From the NCBI GenBank assembly GCA_913045115.1, contig CAJWPJ010000003.1, forward strand, positions 854 through 64,853: a stretch of DNA of 64,000 nucleotides, read 5' to 3'. Position numbers and translations under genes: made by a program. This document shows, one piece after another, positions 18,904-28,691 of the stretch. Source of the stretch: an uncultured Gammaproteobacteria bacterium (GTDB taxonomy: Bacteria > Pseudomonadota > Gammaproteobacteria > GCA-002705445 > GCA-002716945). The notes beneath the pieces are model-generated. The model ran no database searches. It saw only the letters and a program-made list of their open reading frames with translations, and was not told where the DNA came from. Every line of letters begins with the position of its first letter. The first letter of the stretch is position 1.

Positions 18904-20186
18904 ATGTTCTTGATTCTTCATTTCTTATAATAGGAGAGGGGGTTACTTATCAGCACTGCAGTAATTTTTTCAAAAATAATCAGATAAAATATCAATCAAC
19001 CACTACTGATAATATTATTAATATAAGCAATAAAGAAATTATATGCAAAAATCAAAATATAACTATTGATACAATAGATTATATAGTTGTCAGCCCCGGG
19101 ATTTCTCCCTCCAATAATGCTATTAAAGATCTAAAAAAAGTCGGGTGTAAGATAACTACAGATATTGAGATAGTTCAAAGTCTGTCTAGATCTAAATTCA
19201 TATGTGTAACTGGTACAAACGGTAAAACATCAACTGTGAACCTTATCGCCGATATTATGAATGACAATAATTTGAAAACAATAGCCTGTGGTAATAATGG
19301 TGTATCTGTTTTTGAGTCGTTGCTGGGTGAGTATGATTACGTTGTATTAGAATTATCTAGCTATCAGTTAGAATATATCACAACACTCAATTCATACATA
19401 TCAGTAGTATTAAATATATCACCAGACCATCTTGATCGACACATAAATCTCGAAAATTATTTAGAGATAAAGCTAAAAATATTTAATGACTCGAAACATA
19501 AAATAATCTCTAAAGATCTTAATCACTGTCATGACTATTCAACATTTGAGGTAAGGGATAGTAGATTTTATTCAAATGATGTAAAATTAAAAGATCTCTC
19601 AATTGTTGATGATAGTTATATATCATATCAATCTAATTCCTACCCTATACATGGCATACATGAATCACGTAATCTATGTGCATGCATTTCAGTACTCAGA
19701 ATAATTGGATTATCTTTGAAAGATATTCTTGAATCGTTCTCAAGACGAAAGCACCTCGAACATCGAGTTGAAGAATTTGTTACTTTCAATGATATAAAAT
19801 TTATCAATGACTCTAAATCAACGAATGCTGATTCGACTCATAACGCTCTCATGTCAATCAAAGGGAATATAATTCTTATTATGGGTGGTGATATTAAGAC
19901 AATGTCTTATGACATTTTAAATGATAGTATCAACGAGAAAGTTAAAAAATTAATTTTAATTGGAGAAAATAGAGAACTTCTTAATAAAGCGCTAAGAGTT
20001 AGTAGCAAAAAAGTTTTTTGTAATAGTCTTGAGCATGCAACCTCTTATATATTTTCTGTGATGTCTCCAGGAGACACTATCCTTATGTCCCCAGGAACGT
20101 CCAGTTATTGTATGTATGATAACTATCAGCAAAGAGGTAACCATTTCAAGGAACTTATAAACAATTATGTTAGCCAGAAAAATTAG
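18900..20186 (+). CDS. murD: UDP-N-acetylmuramoylalanine--D-glutamate ligase MurD
   Basis: VTGTNGKTST P-loop; Mur ligase family; dcw order. Confidence 0.85.
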   Translation: MNVLDSSFLIIGEGVTYQHCSNFFKNNQIKYQSTTTDNIINISNKEIICKNQNITIDTIDYIVVSPGISPSNNAIKDLKKVGCKITTDIEIVQSLSRSKFICVTGTNGKTSTVNLIADIMNDNNLKTIACGNNGVSVFESLLGEYDYVVLELSSYQLEYITTLNSYISVVLNISPDHLDRHINLENYLEIKLKIFNDSKHKIISKDLNHCHDYSTFEVRDSRFYSNDVKLKDLSIVDDSYISYQSNSYPIHGIHESRNLCACISVLRIIGLSLKDILESFSRRKHLEHRVEEFVTFNDIKFINDSKSTNADSTHNALMSIKGNIILIMGGDIKTMSYDILNDSINEKVKKLILIGENRELLNKALRVSSKKVFCNSLEHATSYIFSVMSPGDTILMSPGTSSYCMYDNYQQRGNHFKELINNYVSQKN

Positions 20187-21321
20187 AAATGTTATAGATT
20201 TTTTTGATAACAGAGGCCTGGATTCTCTTTTTTTAGCCTGCGTGACAAGTTTAATCTTAATAGGTTTGGTAATGGTTACCTCATCAACCATAGATTTTGC
20301 TGCAACAAAATTTTCTAATCCACTTTTCTTCTTAAAGAAGCATTTTATTTTCATATTATTAGGCTTAACTGTATTGTATGTCGTCGCAAGAATAAAAATA
20401 AAACTTTATTACGACTATGGTCAGTATTTTTTAATCTTTGCTATTATGCTCTCCTTATTAGTTCATGTCCCTGGTCTAGGCAAGACTGTTAATGGGGCGA
20501 CAAGATGGATTGATTTGGGATTCTTTACGTTACAGATATCCGAAGTATCTAGACTTTTCTTCTTCCTGTGGCTTTCTGGTTACATTACTAGAAATAATTT
20601 TGATAAGAATTATTTAAAAATATTTATTTTTTTATCCATTCTTATGCTTGTGATAGTTTTTCAGAGGGATTTCGGTAGTATGATACTTCTATTTCTTACA
20701 TTTGTTGTTTTTTCTTTCCTTTCAAATTTGAAAATGATCAACCTTTTAAAAATACTCTCACTTGCGATATTACCTATATTCTTATTAGTTTATTTTTATC
20801 CATACAGGATACAGAGGATTCTTGCTTTTATTGATCCATGGAGCGACCCTCAAGGGAGTGGTTATCAAATAATAGCTTCACAAATTGCATTATCCTCAGG
20901 GGGGTTCTTTGGCCAAGGCTTAGGATCGAGCACACAGAAACTTTTTTATCTCCCTGAACAGTATAATGATTTTATTCTGGCGATAATTGGAGAGGAACTT
21001 GGCTTTATTTTTTTAGTGATACTTCTGATACTGTACTTTTTACTTTTCTCACGCATCTTCATTTTCTACAAGAAGACATCTAAAATATCAGAATTTTCAG
21101 CAAATATTATTTTATCTATAGTTCTTTTAATGTTTATTCAAACAATTATTCATATCTTAGTTAACATTGGTTTGTTCCCCACAAAGGGCATGGGGCTCCC
21201 ATTTATCAGTTATGGTGGCACAAATCTTCTCCTAATGTTTACTTACATAGGAATTCTCATAAGAATACAATTAGAAAATAAACAATTGTATAGTCAAGCA
21301 ACAAAGAAAAATCAAAAATGA
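20167..21321 (+). CDS. ftsW: Peptidoglycan glycosyltransferase FtsW (SEDS family)
   Basis: 10-TM SEDS protein with an FtsW/RodA-type sequence; position between murD and murG. Confidence 0.85.
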   Translation: MLARKIRNVIDFFDNRGLDSLFLACVTSLILIGLVMVTSSTIDFAATKFSNPLFFLKKHFIFILLGLTVLYVVARIKIKLYYDYGQYFLIFAIMLSLLVHVPGLGKTVNGATRWIDLGFFTLQISEVSRLFFFLWLSGYITRNNFDKNYLKIFIFLSILMLVIVFQRDFGSMILLFLTFVVFSFLSNLKMINLLKILSLAILPIFLLVYFYPYRIQRILAFIDPWSDPQGSGYQIIASQIALSSGGFFGQGLGSSTQKLFYLPEQYNDFILAIIGEELGFIFLVILLILYFLLFSRIFIFYKKTSKISEFSANIILSIVLLMFIQTIIHILVNIGLFPTKGMGLPFISYGGTNLLLMFTYIGILIRIQLENKQLYSQATKKNQK

Positions 21322-22409
21322 AAAAAAATATATTTATTGTTGCAAGTGGTACGGGTGGACATGTAGTTCCTGCTAACAATATTGCTATCAAAATAATAAG
21401 ATACGAATATCGCATCACATGGATAGGGACATCGCATGGCATAGAGAATAAAATTGTTAAGGATAAACGTATTAAATTAAAATACCTAAAATCCTCAGGT
21501 ATAAGAGGTAAAAACTTCTTTCATACGATCAAAGGCATGTTCAATTTAATTAGATCATTCTTTCAAAGCTTAGTATACATTTATAAAGATAAACCAATAT
21601 TTGTTTTAGGTTTTGGTGGATACATTTCAGTGCCAGTATCAATTGCGGCATTTTTAATGAGGGTGCCAGTTTATGTCCATGAGTCCAATTCTATAGCTGG
21701 TTCAGCAAATAAAATTAATAATATATTTTCTAAAATAACATTTCAGACGTTTCCAGAAACATTTCCTAGTAGTAAAAAAATTGTATTGTCAGGAAATCCA
21801 ATTAAAGATAGTTTCTCAAAGATTATAAAATCTGAAATAAAGTATCAAAATAGAAGAGAAACATTAAATTTACTAATATTCGGCGGTAGTCAAGGAGCCA
21901 GATTTTTTAATCATAATATTCCTTTATGTATTAATCAATTTGGCAATAAGTTCAACGTCATACATATCACAGGTACCCAAGATAAGAATCTAGTAGAAAA
22001 AATTTATAATAATTCTGGCATGAAAGCTAAAGTAATCGACTTCTCACACGAAATAGATAAATTATACGATTGGTCGGACATTATCATTTGCAGATCAGGT
22101 TCTATGACTGTAAGCGAAATCTGTCGAGCAAGTAGGGCTGCCATTCTTGTACCTTTTCTGTATGCGACCGATAATCATCAATATTCTAATGCCAAATTCC
22201 TTGAAAAAGGCAATGCGGCTAGAATAGTAGAGGAAAATGAAGATTTTTCCACTCAGTTATATGCATCATTGACAGAGATGTATAATAATCAAGAGATTTT
22301 ATTAAGAATGTCTAATAATAGTAAAAATCTTTTCCCAAATGATTCAAGTGCTATAATTCTAGAGAATATTCCTGAACTTAATGAAAAATTCAATAACACA
22401 GCACCTTAA
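21318..22409 (+). CDS. murG: UDP-GlcNAc:undecaprenyl-PP-MurNAc-pentapeptide GlcNAc transferase MurG
   Basis: N-terminal VASGTGGHVVPA and a GT28 fold; dcw order. Confidence 0.85.
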   Translation: MKKNIFIVASGTGGHVVPANNIAIKIIRYEYRITWIGTSHGIENKIVKDKRIKLKYLKSSGIRGKNFFHTIKGMFNLIRSFFQSLVYIYKDKPIFVLGFGGYISVPVSIAAFLMRVPVYVHESNSIAGSANKINNIFSKITFQTFPETFPSSKKIVLSGNPIKDSFSKIIKSEIKYQNRRETLNLLIFGGSQGARFFNHNIPLCINQFGNKFNVIHITGTQDKNLVEKIYNNSGMKAKVIDFSHEIDKLYDWSDIIICRSGSMTVSEICRASRAAILVPFLYATDNHQYSNAKFLEKGNAARIVEENEDFSTQLYASLTEMYNNQEILLRMSNNSKNLFPNDSSAIILENIPELNEKFNNTAP

Positions 22410-23775
22410 AAACAAATCATTTTTCTTAATAGGCATTGGTGGCGCAGGAATGATGGGTATTGCAGAACTTCTTCATAATTTAGGATTCACAGTACGCGGC
22501 TCTGATATTAGAGAAAATAATGCTATAAAAAGACTTAGAAAATTAAAAATAAAGATATTTATTGGGCATGATTCAAAAAACCTCAATACGAATGACATTG
22601 TAATATTTTCCAACGCGATAAGAAAAAATAACGTTGAGTTGAGATACTCTCGTAAAAATAATATTACAACTCTAAGTAGGATGGAAATACTTGCAGAATT
22701 GATGAGGTTGAAATATGGTATCTCAATTACTGGTTCGCATGGAAAAACAACAACAACTAGTTTACTCAGTCACATCATGCACAAGAATAAACTTGATCCA
22801 ACTTATTTAATTGGCGGTAAATTAAAGACTGATGATCCTCATGTTAAGTTAGGGAATAGTCATTATTTAATAACAGAAACTGATGAGAGTGATCCGAGCT
22901 TCTCTAAGCTTAAGCCTCATTTGGTTGTATTGACAAACTTAGACAAAGAGCACTTAGATAATTATGACAATAGCTTTGCTAACCTCGAGGTTGCAATGTT
23001 AAAGCTAATTAACTCTATCCCATTTTATGGCAAGGCTTTTATAAATGGTGATGACAAAAATTCTGTAAAATTATTGAAAAAAATTAATAGAAGTTTTTTT
23101 TCTTATGGACTGAGTAAAAAAAATGATCTAGTTGCCGGTTCAATAAAATATAGCAATGGAAATAAAATGACATTTGATATAACTTTTGGTAAAAATGTAT
23201 ATAAAGTATCGACTAATCTTCTCGGAAAACACAATGTCTACAACATACTTTCAGCTATAGCAGTTAGTGTTCACTTAGGTATATCTATTACAAAATCAAT
23301 TAGCTCTCTAAAAAGTTTTTTTGGTGCGAGCAGAAGATTCGATGTATATAATAATTTTATAATCAATAATACTAAGCCAATTGTAATAGATGACTACGGG
23401 CATCATCCAACTGAAATTAGCTCAACCCTTAAAACAATTAATGAACTATATCCAGATAAAAAAATAATAATGATTTTTCAACCTCACCGTTTTTCAAGGA
23501 CGAAAGCCTATTGGAGATCATTTATAAAAGTCTTTAAATTAATAGATCATATCATTCTCCTACCAACATACTCTGCTGGTGAGAAAAATAATTCTTATGA
23601 TTCCTCATTTCTATATCACAAAATTAGTTCTAAGAATAAATTGTTACTTAAATCTACAACAAAAATAAATGATATATTACAAGAGACAAATTTTGATAAC
23701 TCTGTATTGGTCCTGCAAGGAGCTGGAGATATCAAAAATATAACAAATCTTTTAAAGAAAAAAAAATGTTCATAG
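22381..23775 (+). CDS. murC: UDP-N-acetylmuramate--L-alanine ligase MurC
   Basis: GIGGAGMMGIAE and the ITGSHGKTTTTS P-loop. Confidence 0.85.
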   Translation: MKNSITQHLKNKSFFLIGIGGAGMMGIAELLHNLGFTVRGSDIRENNAIKRLRKLKIKIFIGHDSKNLNTNDIVIFSNAIRKNNVELRYSRKNNITTLSRMEILAELMRLKYGISITGSHGKTTTTSLLSHIMHKNKLDPTYLIGGKLKTDDPHVKLGNSHYLITETDESDPSFSKLKPHLVVLTNLDKEHLDNYDNSFANLEVAMLKLINSIPFYGKAFINGDDKNSVKLLKKINRSFFSYGLSKKNDLVAGSIKYSNGNKMTFDITFGKNVYKVSTNLLGKHNVYNILSAIAVSVHLGISITKSISSLKSFFGASRRFDVYNNFIINNTKPIVIDDYGHHPTEISSTLKTINELYPDKKIIMIFQPHRFSRTKAYWRSFIKVFKLIDHIILLPTYSAGEKNNSYDSSFLYHKISSKNKLLLKSTTKINDILQETNFDNSVLVLQGAGDIKNITNLLKKKKCS

Positions 23776-24599
23776 GCAAGAACTATCCTCTTAAAAAGAT
23801 CACAACTATTGGACTAGGGGGCTACTGTAAAGAATTTATCTGTCCAGAAGAAGACAAAGAACTGATAGAGATTACAAAAACTAATCCTCTTTACATAGGT
23901 AATGGGTCAAACATGTGTTTTGTAACTGAGTTCTATGACAGGACTATAGTCAGCCTTAAAAAGATGAAAAAATACATTAATATTGATGAGCAATATATTA
24001 CTTGTTCAGGCAATATATCATGTACAAAATTATCTAGACATCTTCATGATAATAAACTGCCAGGTTATGAATTTCTCTATGGTATTCCGGGAACTATTGC
24101 TGGAGCAGTTACTATGAATGCTGGAGCCTTTAAAAAAGAGATAATGCCTAATGTTTACAGTATAGATCTACTAGATGAGAAAGGTAATGCGTACACCCTG
24201 ACTCAAGATAATTTATCATATTCATATAGAACATCCAACATTAATACAAGATCTATTATAGTTTCTATTAAACTTTTAAGACAAACAGAAGATTTTGATA
24301 TTAACCTTCTTGATACACTTAACGATAAAAGAAAGTCAACTCAACCAATTAATCAATTATCATGTGGTTGTATTTTCAAAAATCCACCAGGAGATTATGC
24401 CGCTGGACTTATTGAGAAAGCCGACTTAAAAGGTAAACGTGTTGGTGGGATATATATCTCTGAAAAACATTCAAATTATTTTATTAATGATGGATCAGGA
24501 ACTTATAAAGATTTCCTACTCCTACTTCAGTGTGTCAAAAATGAAATATATACCAAGTTCGACATATTACTTGAAGAGGAGGTCATACTATTGAAATGA
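23766..24599 (+). CDS. murB: UDP-N-acetylenolpyruvoylglucosamine reductase MurB
   Basis: FAD-binding TTIGLGGY start; length 277 aa; sits between murC and ddl. Confidence 0.8.
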   Translation: MFIGKNYPLKKITTIGLGGYCKEFICPEEDKELIEITKTNPLYIGNGSNMCFVTEFYDRTIVSLKKMKKYINIDEQYITCSGNISCTKLSRHLHDNKLPGYEFLYGIPGTIAGAVTMNAGAFKKEIMPNVYSIDLLDEKGNAYTLTQDNLSYSYRTSNINTRSIIVSIKLLRQTEDFDINLLDTLNDKRKSTQPINQLSCGCIFKNPPGDYAAGLIEKADLKGKRVGGIYISEKHSNYFINDGSGTYKDFLLLLQCVKNEIYTKFDILLEEEVILLK

Positions 24600-25501
24600 A
24601 AAGCAAGGATTTTAGAATATGCGTCCTAGGAGGAGGTTGGTCAAATGAAAGAGAAATTTCTTTAAAAAGTTCTTCTGATGTCTATAAAACTTTACTTGAA
24701 AATAAACATAATGTTGTATTCTTTGATATGAAAAGAGATTCGTATGAGGATTTAAAATCTTTTTTATTAAATAATTCAGTTGATTATGTATTTAATCTTA
24801 TCCATGGAGAGGGTGGGGAAGATGGGAAAATACAAAGCTATTTAGATAATCTAGACATAAATTATTCTGGATCAAATTCACAATCATCTAGAATATCATT
24901 TAATAAATATCAAACGAAAGAGATATGGAAAGCTAACAATCTAGACACTCCTGATTATGAAATATTTTCTAATCAGACCTATGAGGATTTATCTATGTTA
25001 TATGGAGAAACTTTTTTTATTAAAGATACTTGTTCTGGTTCAAGTAATAATATTTTCCAAATTAAATGTAATAAAGATTTTGAAAATTTTGAAAAACATA
25101 AAAGTAACAGAGAATATATGATAGAAAAGAAAATATCATCCGATGAATATACAGCAGCTATCCTAAATGAGAGAGTACTGCCAATAATTAAGATTATTCC
25201 CTCTAATGAATTTTATGATTTTGAGGCAAAATATAAATCCAATGAAACTAAATTTTCATTTCCTGATTTAACTCAGTCAATAACAAATAAAATTAATACT
25301 CAAGTTACCGATGCTTTTAGGGTTTTAGGGTGCGAATCGTGGGCAAGAGTTGATTTTTTTATAGAAGATGAGCAAATTATTTTACTAGAAATTAATACAA
25401 TTCCTGGAATGACTGATCATAGCCTTGTCCCAAAGGCTGCAAGGAAATATGGTCTGAGCTATTATCAGCTAGTACTCGAGATTATTGGTATAGATGATTA
25501 G
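24596..25501 (+). CDS. ddl: D-alanine--D-alanine ligase
   Basis: ICVLGGGWSNEREISLKSS at the N-terminus, ATP-grasp C-terminus, EINTIPGMT motif. Confidence 0.85.
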   Translation: MKSKDFRICVLGGGWSNEREISLKSSSDVYKTLLENKHNVVFFDMKRDSYEDLKSFLLNNSVDYVFNLIHGEGGEDGKIQSYLDNLDINYSGSNSQSSRISFNKYQTKEIWKANNLDTPDYEIFSNQTYEDLSMLYGETFFIKDTCSGSSNNIFQIKCNKDFENFEKHKSNREYMIEKKISSDEYTAAILNERVLPIIKIIPSNEFYDFEAKYKSNETKFSFPDLTQSITNKINTQVTDAFRVLGCESWARVDFFIEDEQIILLEINTIPGMTDHSLVPKAARKYGLSYYQLVLEIIGIDD

Positions 25502-26138
25502 GACACTTCTAATCTCATCAATTATTTTACTGACTATACTTCTTTATAAATCAGATTACTTTGTGTATCCAATAGATGAGGTTGAAATTGTCTCAACTAC
25601 CTCAAACCACAATAATCGTAAAATTAATGATATCGTAAATTCTCTTCAAGGGAGTGACTTACTATCGCTTGATTTGAATATGTTAAAAAATAAACTAATA
25701 TCGGATGGGTGGATAAAAGATGTTGAAATAAAGAAATCTTTTCCATCAAAACTAGAGATAATCATAGTCCCTCAAGAGCCCTACGCTATTTATAACTCGC
25801 AGATATTGATGAAAGATGGTTCTGTTTTAAAATCAAAGGTTTTACCAAAAAATCTTGTTATTGTAGTTGATAAGACAAATAACAAGCTAGACTCTCTAGA
25901 GCTATTGATGTTGTGTAATGAGATGCTAGCTAAAATAGATCTCAATATCATAAAACTTGAAATATATGACTCTATCATCAAAATAAATACTTCATCAAAT
26001 TTATTGATATCTGACAGGAAGAATTTAGAATTGAATCTCAAAAGATTGATCGAGTCATTTGATAATCTTCAAACGTTGTTTAAGAAAGATATAAAATCTA
26101 TAGATATGCGATATTCCAATGGTTTTGCTATCAAATAA
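25494..26138 (+). CDS. ftsQ: Cell division protein FtsQ, short form (214 aa)
   Basis: N-terminal TM helix and a POTRA-like region; position between ddl and ftsA. Confidence 0.7.
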   Translation: MIRTLLISSIILLTILLYKSDYFVYPIDEVEIVSTTSNHNNRKINDIVNSLQGSDLLSLDLNMLKNKLISDGWIKDVEIKKSFPSKLEIIIVPQEPYAIYNSQILMKDGSVLKSKVLPKNLVIVVDKTNNKLDSLELLMLCNEMLAKIDLNIIKLEIYDSIIKINTSSNLLISDRKNLELNLKRLIESFDNLQTLFKKDIKSIDMRYSNGFAIK

Positions 26139-26166
26139 TAGCTTAAATGAGATATAATGTTCGTTA

Positions 26167-27411
26167 ATGAGCAATGTAAAAAGCACTGATACTCTTGTTG
26201 CATTAGACATAGGCACATCTAAAGTCTTATGCTTGGTAGCTGATATTGATGATAAAGGCGATTTAAGAATCATCGGCATAGGCAATGAACCATGCACAGG
26301 ACTCAATAAAGGTGTTATTTCAGAAATAGATGCTACTGTTTCAAGTATCAGGCGCGCAAAAGAAAAAGCCAGCTCAATGTCTACATGTAACATTCAATCT
26401 GTTACCACAGGTATCGCTGGTAATCATATTCAAAGTTACAATGGCAATGGTGCGGTGAATATTTTGAATGATGAGGTCACCTCTGAAGATAAGGAGGAAG
26501 TGCTAAATAATGCCCAAAATATTCAAATTCCAAAAGATCAAGAAATACTTCACTCAATAGAACAGCATTATACAATCGATGGACAACCTGGTATCAGAGA
26601 ACCTTTAGGGATGGCTGGAGCTAGATTAGAGGCAAATGTTCATATTATTACTACGTCTTCAACAGCTAAAAGAAATCTTACGAAGTGCATAAATAACAGT
26701 TTACTAGAGATAGATGATTATGTCCTCCAACCAGTCGCGTCAAGTGAAGCTGTTCTATCTAATGAAGAACGTGACTTAGGCGTCTGTTTAATTGATATTG
26801 GTTGTGGCACAACGGATATAGCAATTTTTACAGATGGGACAATTAAACATACCGCTGTGATTCCCATTGGAAGTCAAATGATTACTAATGACATTAGAAT
26901 AATATTATGCACATCATTAGATGCTGCAGAAGAAATAAAGATACAATATGGGGCAGTGTCTTCTGATAACGATGTGGATGTGAAAATTCCTGTCCCATCT
27001 GTCTCTGACAAGCCAGATACTGAGACAACTAAAACGATTCTGACTCAAATAATATCTGCACGAGTTAACGAAATATTTGATGCAATACAAAAAGAAATCC
27101 ATAATAGCGGTTACTCAGGTAAAATCAGAGCAGGGATAGTATTTACTGGTGGAGGAGCAAAGCTTGAAGGCTTGGACAGTTTTGCTGAATCTTATTTTCA
27201 AAAACCTTCAAGAATCGGCTCTCCAAAATCAATTAAGGGGCTTGAGGATCTACGTGGTAAAACGAGGTATTCTACTGCCGTTGGTTTGCTCTTATACCGA
27301 CAAAGGGGGCTTAGCCTGTTGGCGTCAAAAAATAAGTATACCTCCAAAATTGGCTCTATCCTTGATAAATACGCAAAAAAACTGTCCAATTATTTCCAAA
27401 AAGAACTTTAA
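26167..27411 (+). CDS. ftsA: Cell division protein FtsA
   Basis: Actin-like ATPase with LVALDIGTSKV and VFTGGGAKLEGL. Confidence 0.9.
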   Translation: MSNVKSTDTLVALDIGTSKVLCLVADIDDKGDLRIIGIGNEPCTGLNKGVISEIDATVSSIRRAKEKASSMSTCNIQSVTTGIAGNHIQSYNGNGAVNILNDEVTSEDKEEVLNNAQNIQIPKDQEILHSIEQHYTIDGQPGIREPLGMAGARLEANVHIITTSSTAKRNLTKCINNSLLEIDDYVLQPVASSEAVLSNEERDLGVCLIDIGCGTTDIAIFTDGTIKHTAVIPIGSQMITNDIRIILCTSLDAAEEIKIQYGAVSSDNDVDVKIPVPSVSDKPDTETTKTILTQIISARVNEIFDAIQKEIHNSGYSGKIRAGIVFTGGGAKLEGLDSFAESYFQKPSRIGSPKSIKGLEDLRGKTRYSTAVGLLLYRQRGLSLLASKNKYTSKIGSILDKYAKKLSNYFQKEL

Positions 27412-27474
27412 TATATCCAATTTGGTCTAATCATATGAATTGTAAGACATAGAGCATTTTGGTAGAATTTCCGT

Positions 27475-28383
27475 ATGTTAAAACAGAGAACATTATCTAG
27501 TAGTATTACAGCAACAGGTGTTGGACTACATACTGGTAAGAAAATTAATTTGCGAATTAATCCAGGCCGGCCTGACAAAGGCATTATATTCATCCGTAAA
27601 GACATCTCAAGTGAGCCAATAGCTGCCTCATTGAAAAATGTCCATGACACGAGGCTGTCAACAACAATTTCAAACGGTGATGCATCCGTCTCAACCGTGG
27701 AACATTTATTATCTGCTCTAGCAGGTTTGGGCATAGACAATGCGACAATTGAGCTAGACGGTCCAGAGGTTCCGATTATGGATGGAAGTTCGCGTCCATT
27801 TGTTTTTTTAATTCAATCAGCAGGAATAAGCGAACAGAATCATCCAAAAAAATTTATCAAAATTACAAAAGATATTGAGGTTAAACAGAATGATAAGTGG
27901 GCAAAGATTGAACCGTATGATGGATTTAAGGTAGCCTTTACCATAGATTTTGATCATCCATCTTTCCCAAAAGAAACTCAAACTTCTACAATAGACTTCT
28001 CTACAATTTCCTATCTCAGCCAGGTAAGCCGCGCAAGGACTTTTGGATTTGCGAAAGATATCGAAAATTTAAGAAAAAATAATCTAGCGCTAGGCGGAAG
28101 CGTTAATAATGCAATTGTAATTGATGATTATAAAATCATAAATGAAGACGGATTGAGATATAAGGATGAATTTGTAAAACATAAGATACTCGATGCTATA
28201 GGAGATTTATACCTACTAGGACATAGCTTGATAGGGTCTTTTTCTGCATTTAAGTCTGGTCATCATCTTAATAATCTCTTGCTGAGAGAGCTCATAAATA
28301 ATGAAAATGCATGGGAGCAAGTAATCATAGAAGAGGAGGAAAAGTCTCCGATACTTTTCACACACGTCACTGAGTCTATCTAA
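27475..28383 (+). CDS. lpxC: UDP-3-O-acyl-N-acetylglucosamine deacetylase LpxC
   Basis: [24 protein letters not shown] and HHLNN near the C-terminus. Confidence 0.9.
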   Translation: MLKQRTLSSSITATGVGLHTGKKINLRINPGRPDKGIIFIRKDISSEPIAASLKNVHDTRLSTTISNGDASVSTVEHLLSALAGLGIDNATIELDGPEVPIMDGSSRPFVFLIQSAGISEQNHPKKFIKITKDIEVKQNDKWAKIEPYDGFKVAFTIDFDHPSFPKETQTSTIDFSTISYLSQVSRARTFGFAKDIENLRKNNLALGGSVNNAIVIDDYKIINEDGLRYKDEFVKHKILDAIGDLYLLGHSLIGSFSAFKSGHHLNNLLLRELINNENAWEQVIIEEEEKSPILFTHVTESI

Positions 28384-28672
28384 TTTTTATATGTATATCC
28401 TGGATATTATACATACCGTAATTTTTGAATAATTCTAAGTATTTTTCTCTCTCAAATTTTATAATAGACCCCACTGAACTGTCATCACATTCGATAGTTA
28501 TACTGTATTCTGAGTAATTTATTACATGAATTTTACCTTTCATTTTTTCTTGAGACGTTTGTGTTAGCAACTCATCTAAATCATCAATAATTTCTTTCTT
28601 CTTAAGTACTTTATTAGGTATAAAATCCGATATCTTTTTCATATAACACCCATTTATTGTATGATAAACCAT
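28376..28672 (-). CDS. DUF721/DciA-like small protein. The true start is probably the second Met at ~28642
   Basis: About 90-100 aa. The C-terminal [41 protein letters not shown] resembles the DUF721 C-terminal pattern. It is divergent between lpxC and secA, which I recall as a common DUF721 location in proteobacteria. Confidence 0.35.
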   Translation of the reverse strand: MVYHTINGCYMKKISDFIPNKVLKKKEIIDDLDELLTQTSQEKMKGKIHVINYSEYSITIECDDSSVGSIIKFEREKYLELFKNYGMYNIQDIHIKIR

Positions 28673-28691
28673 ATTTCATAATGTATAAAAT

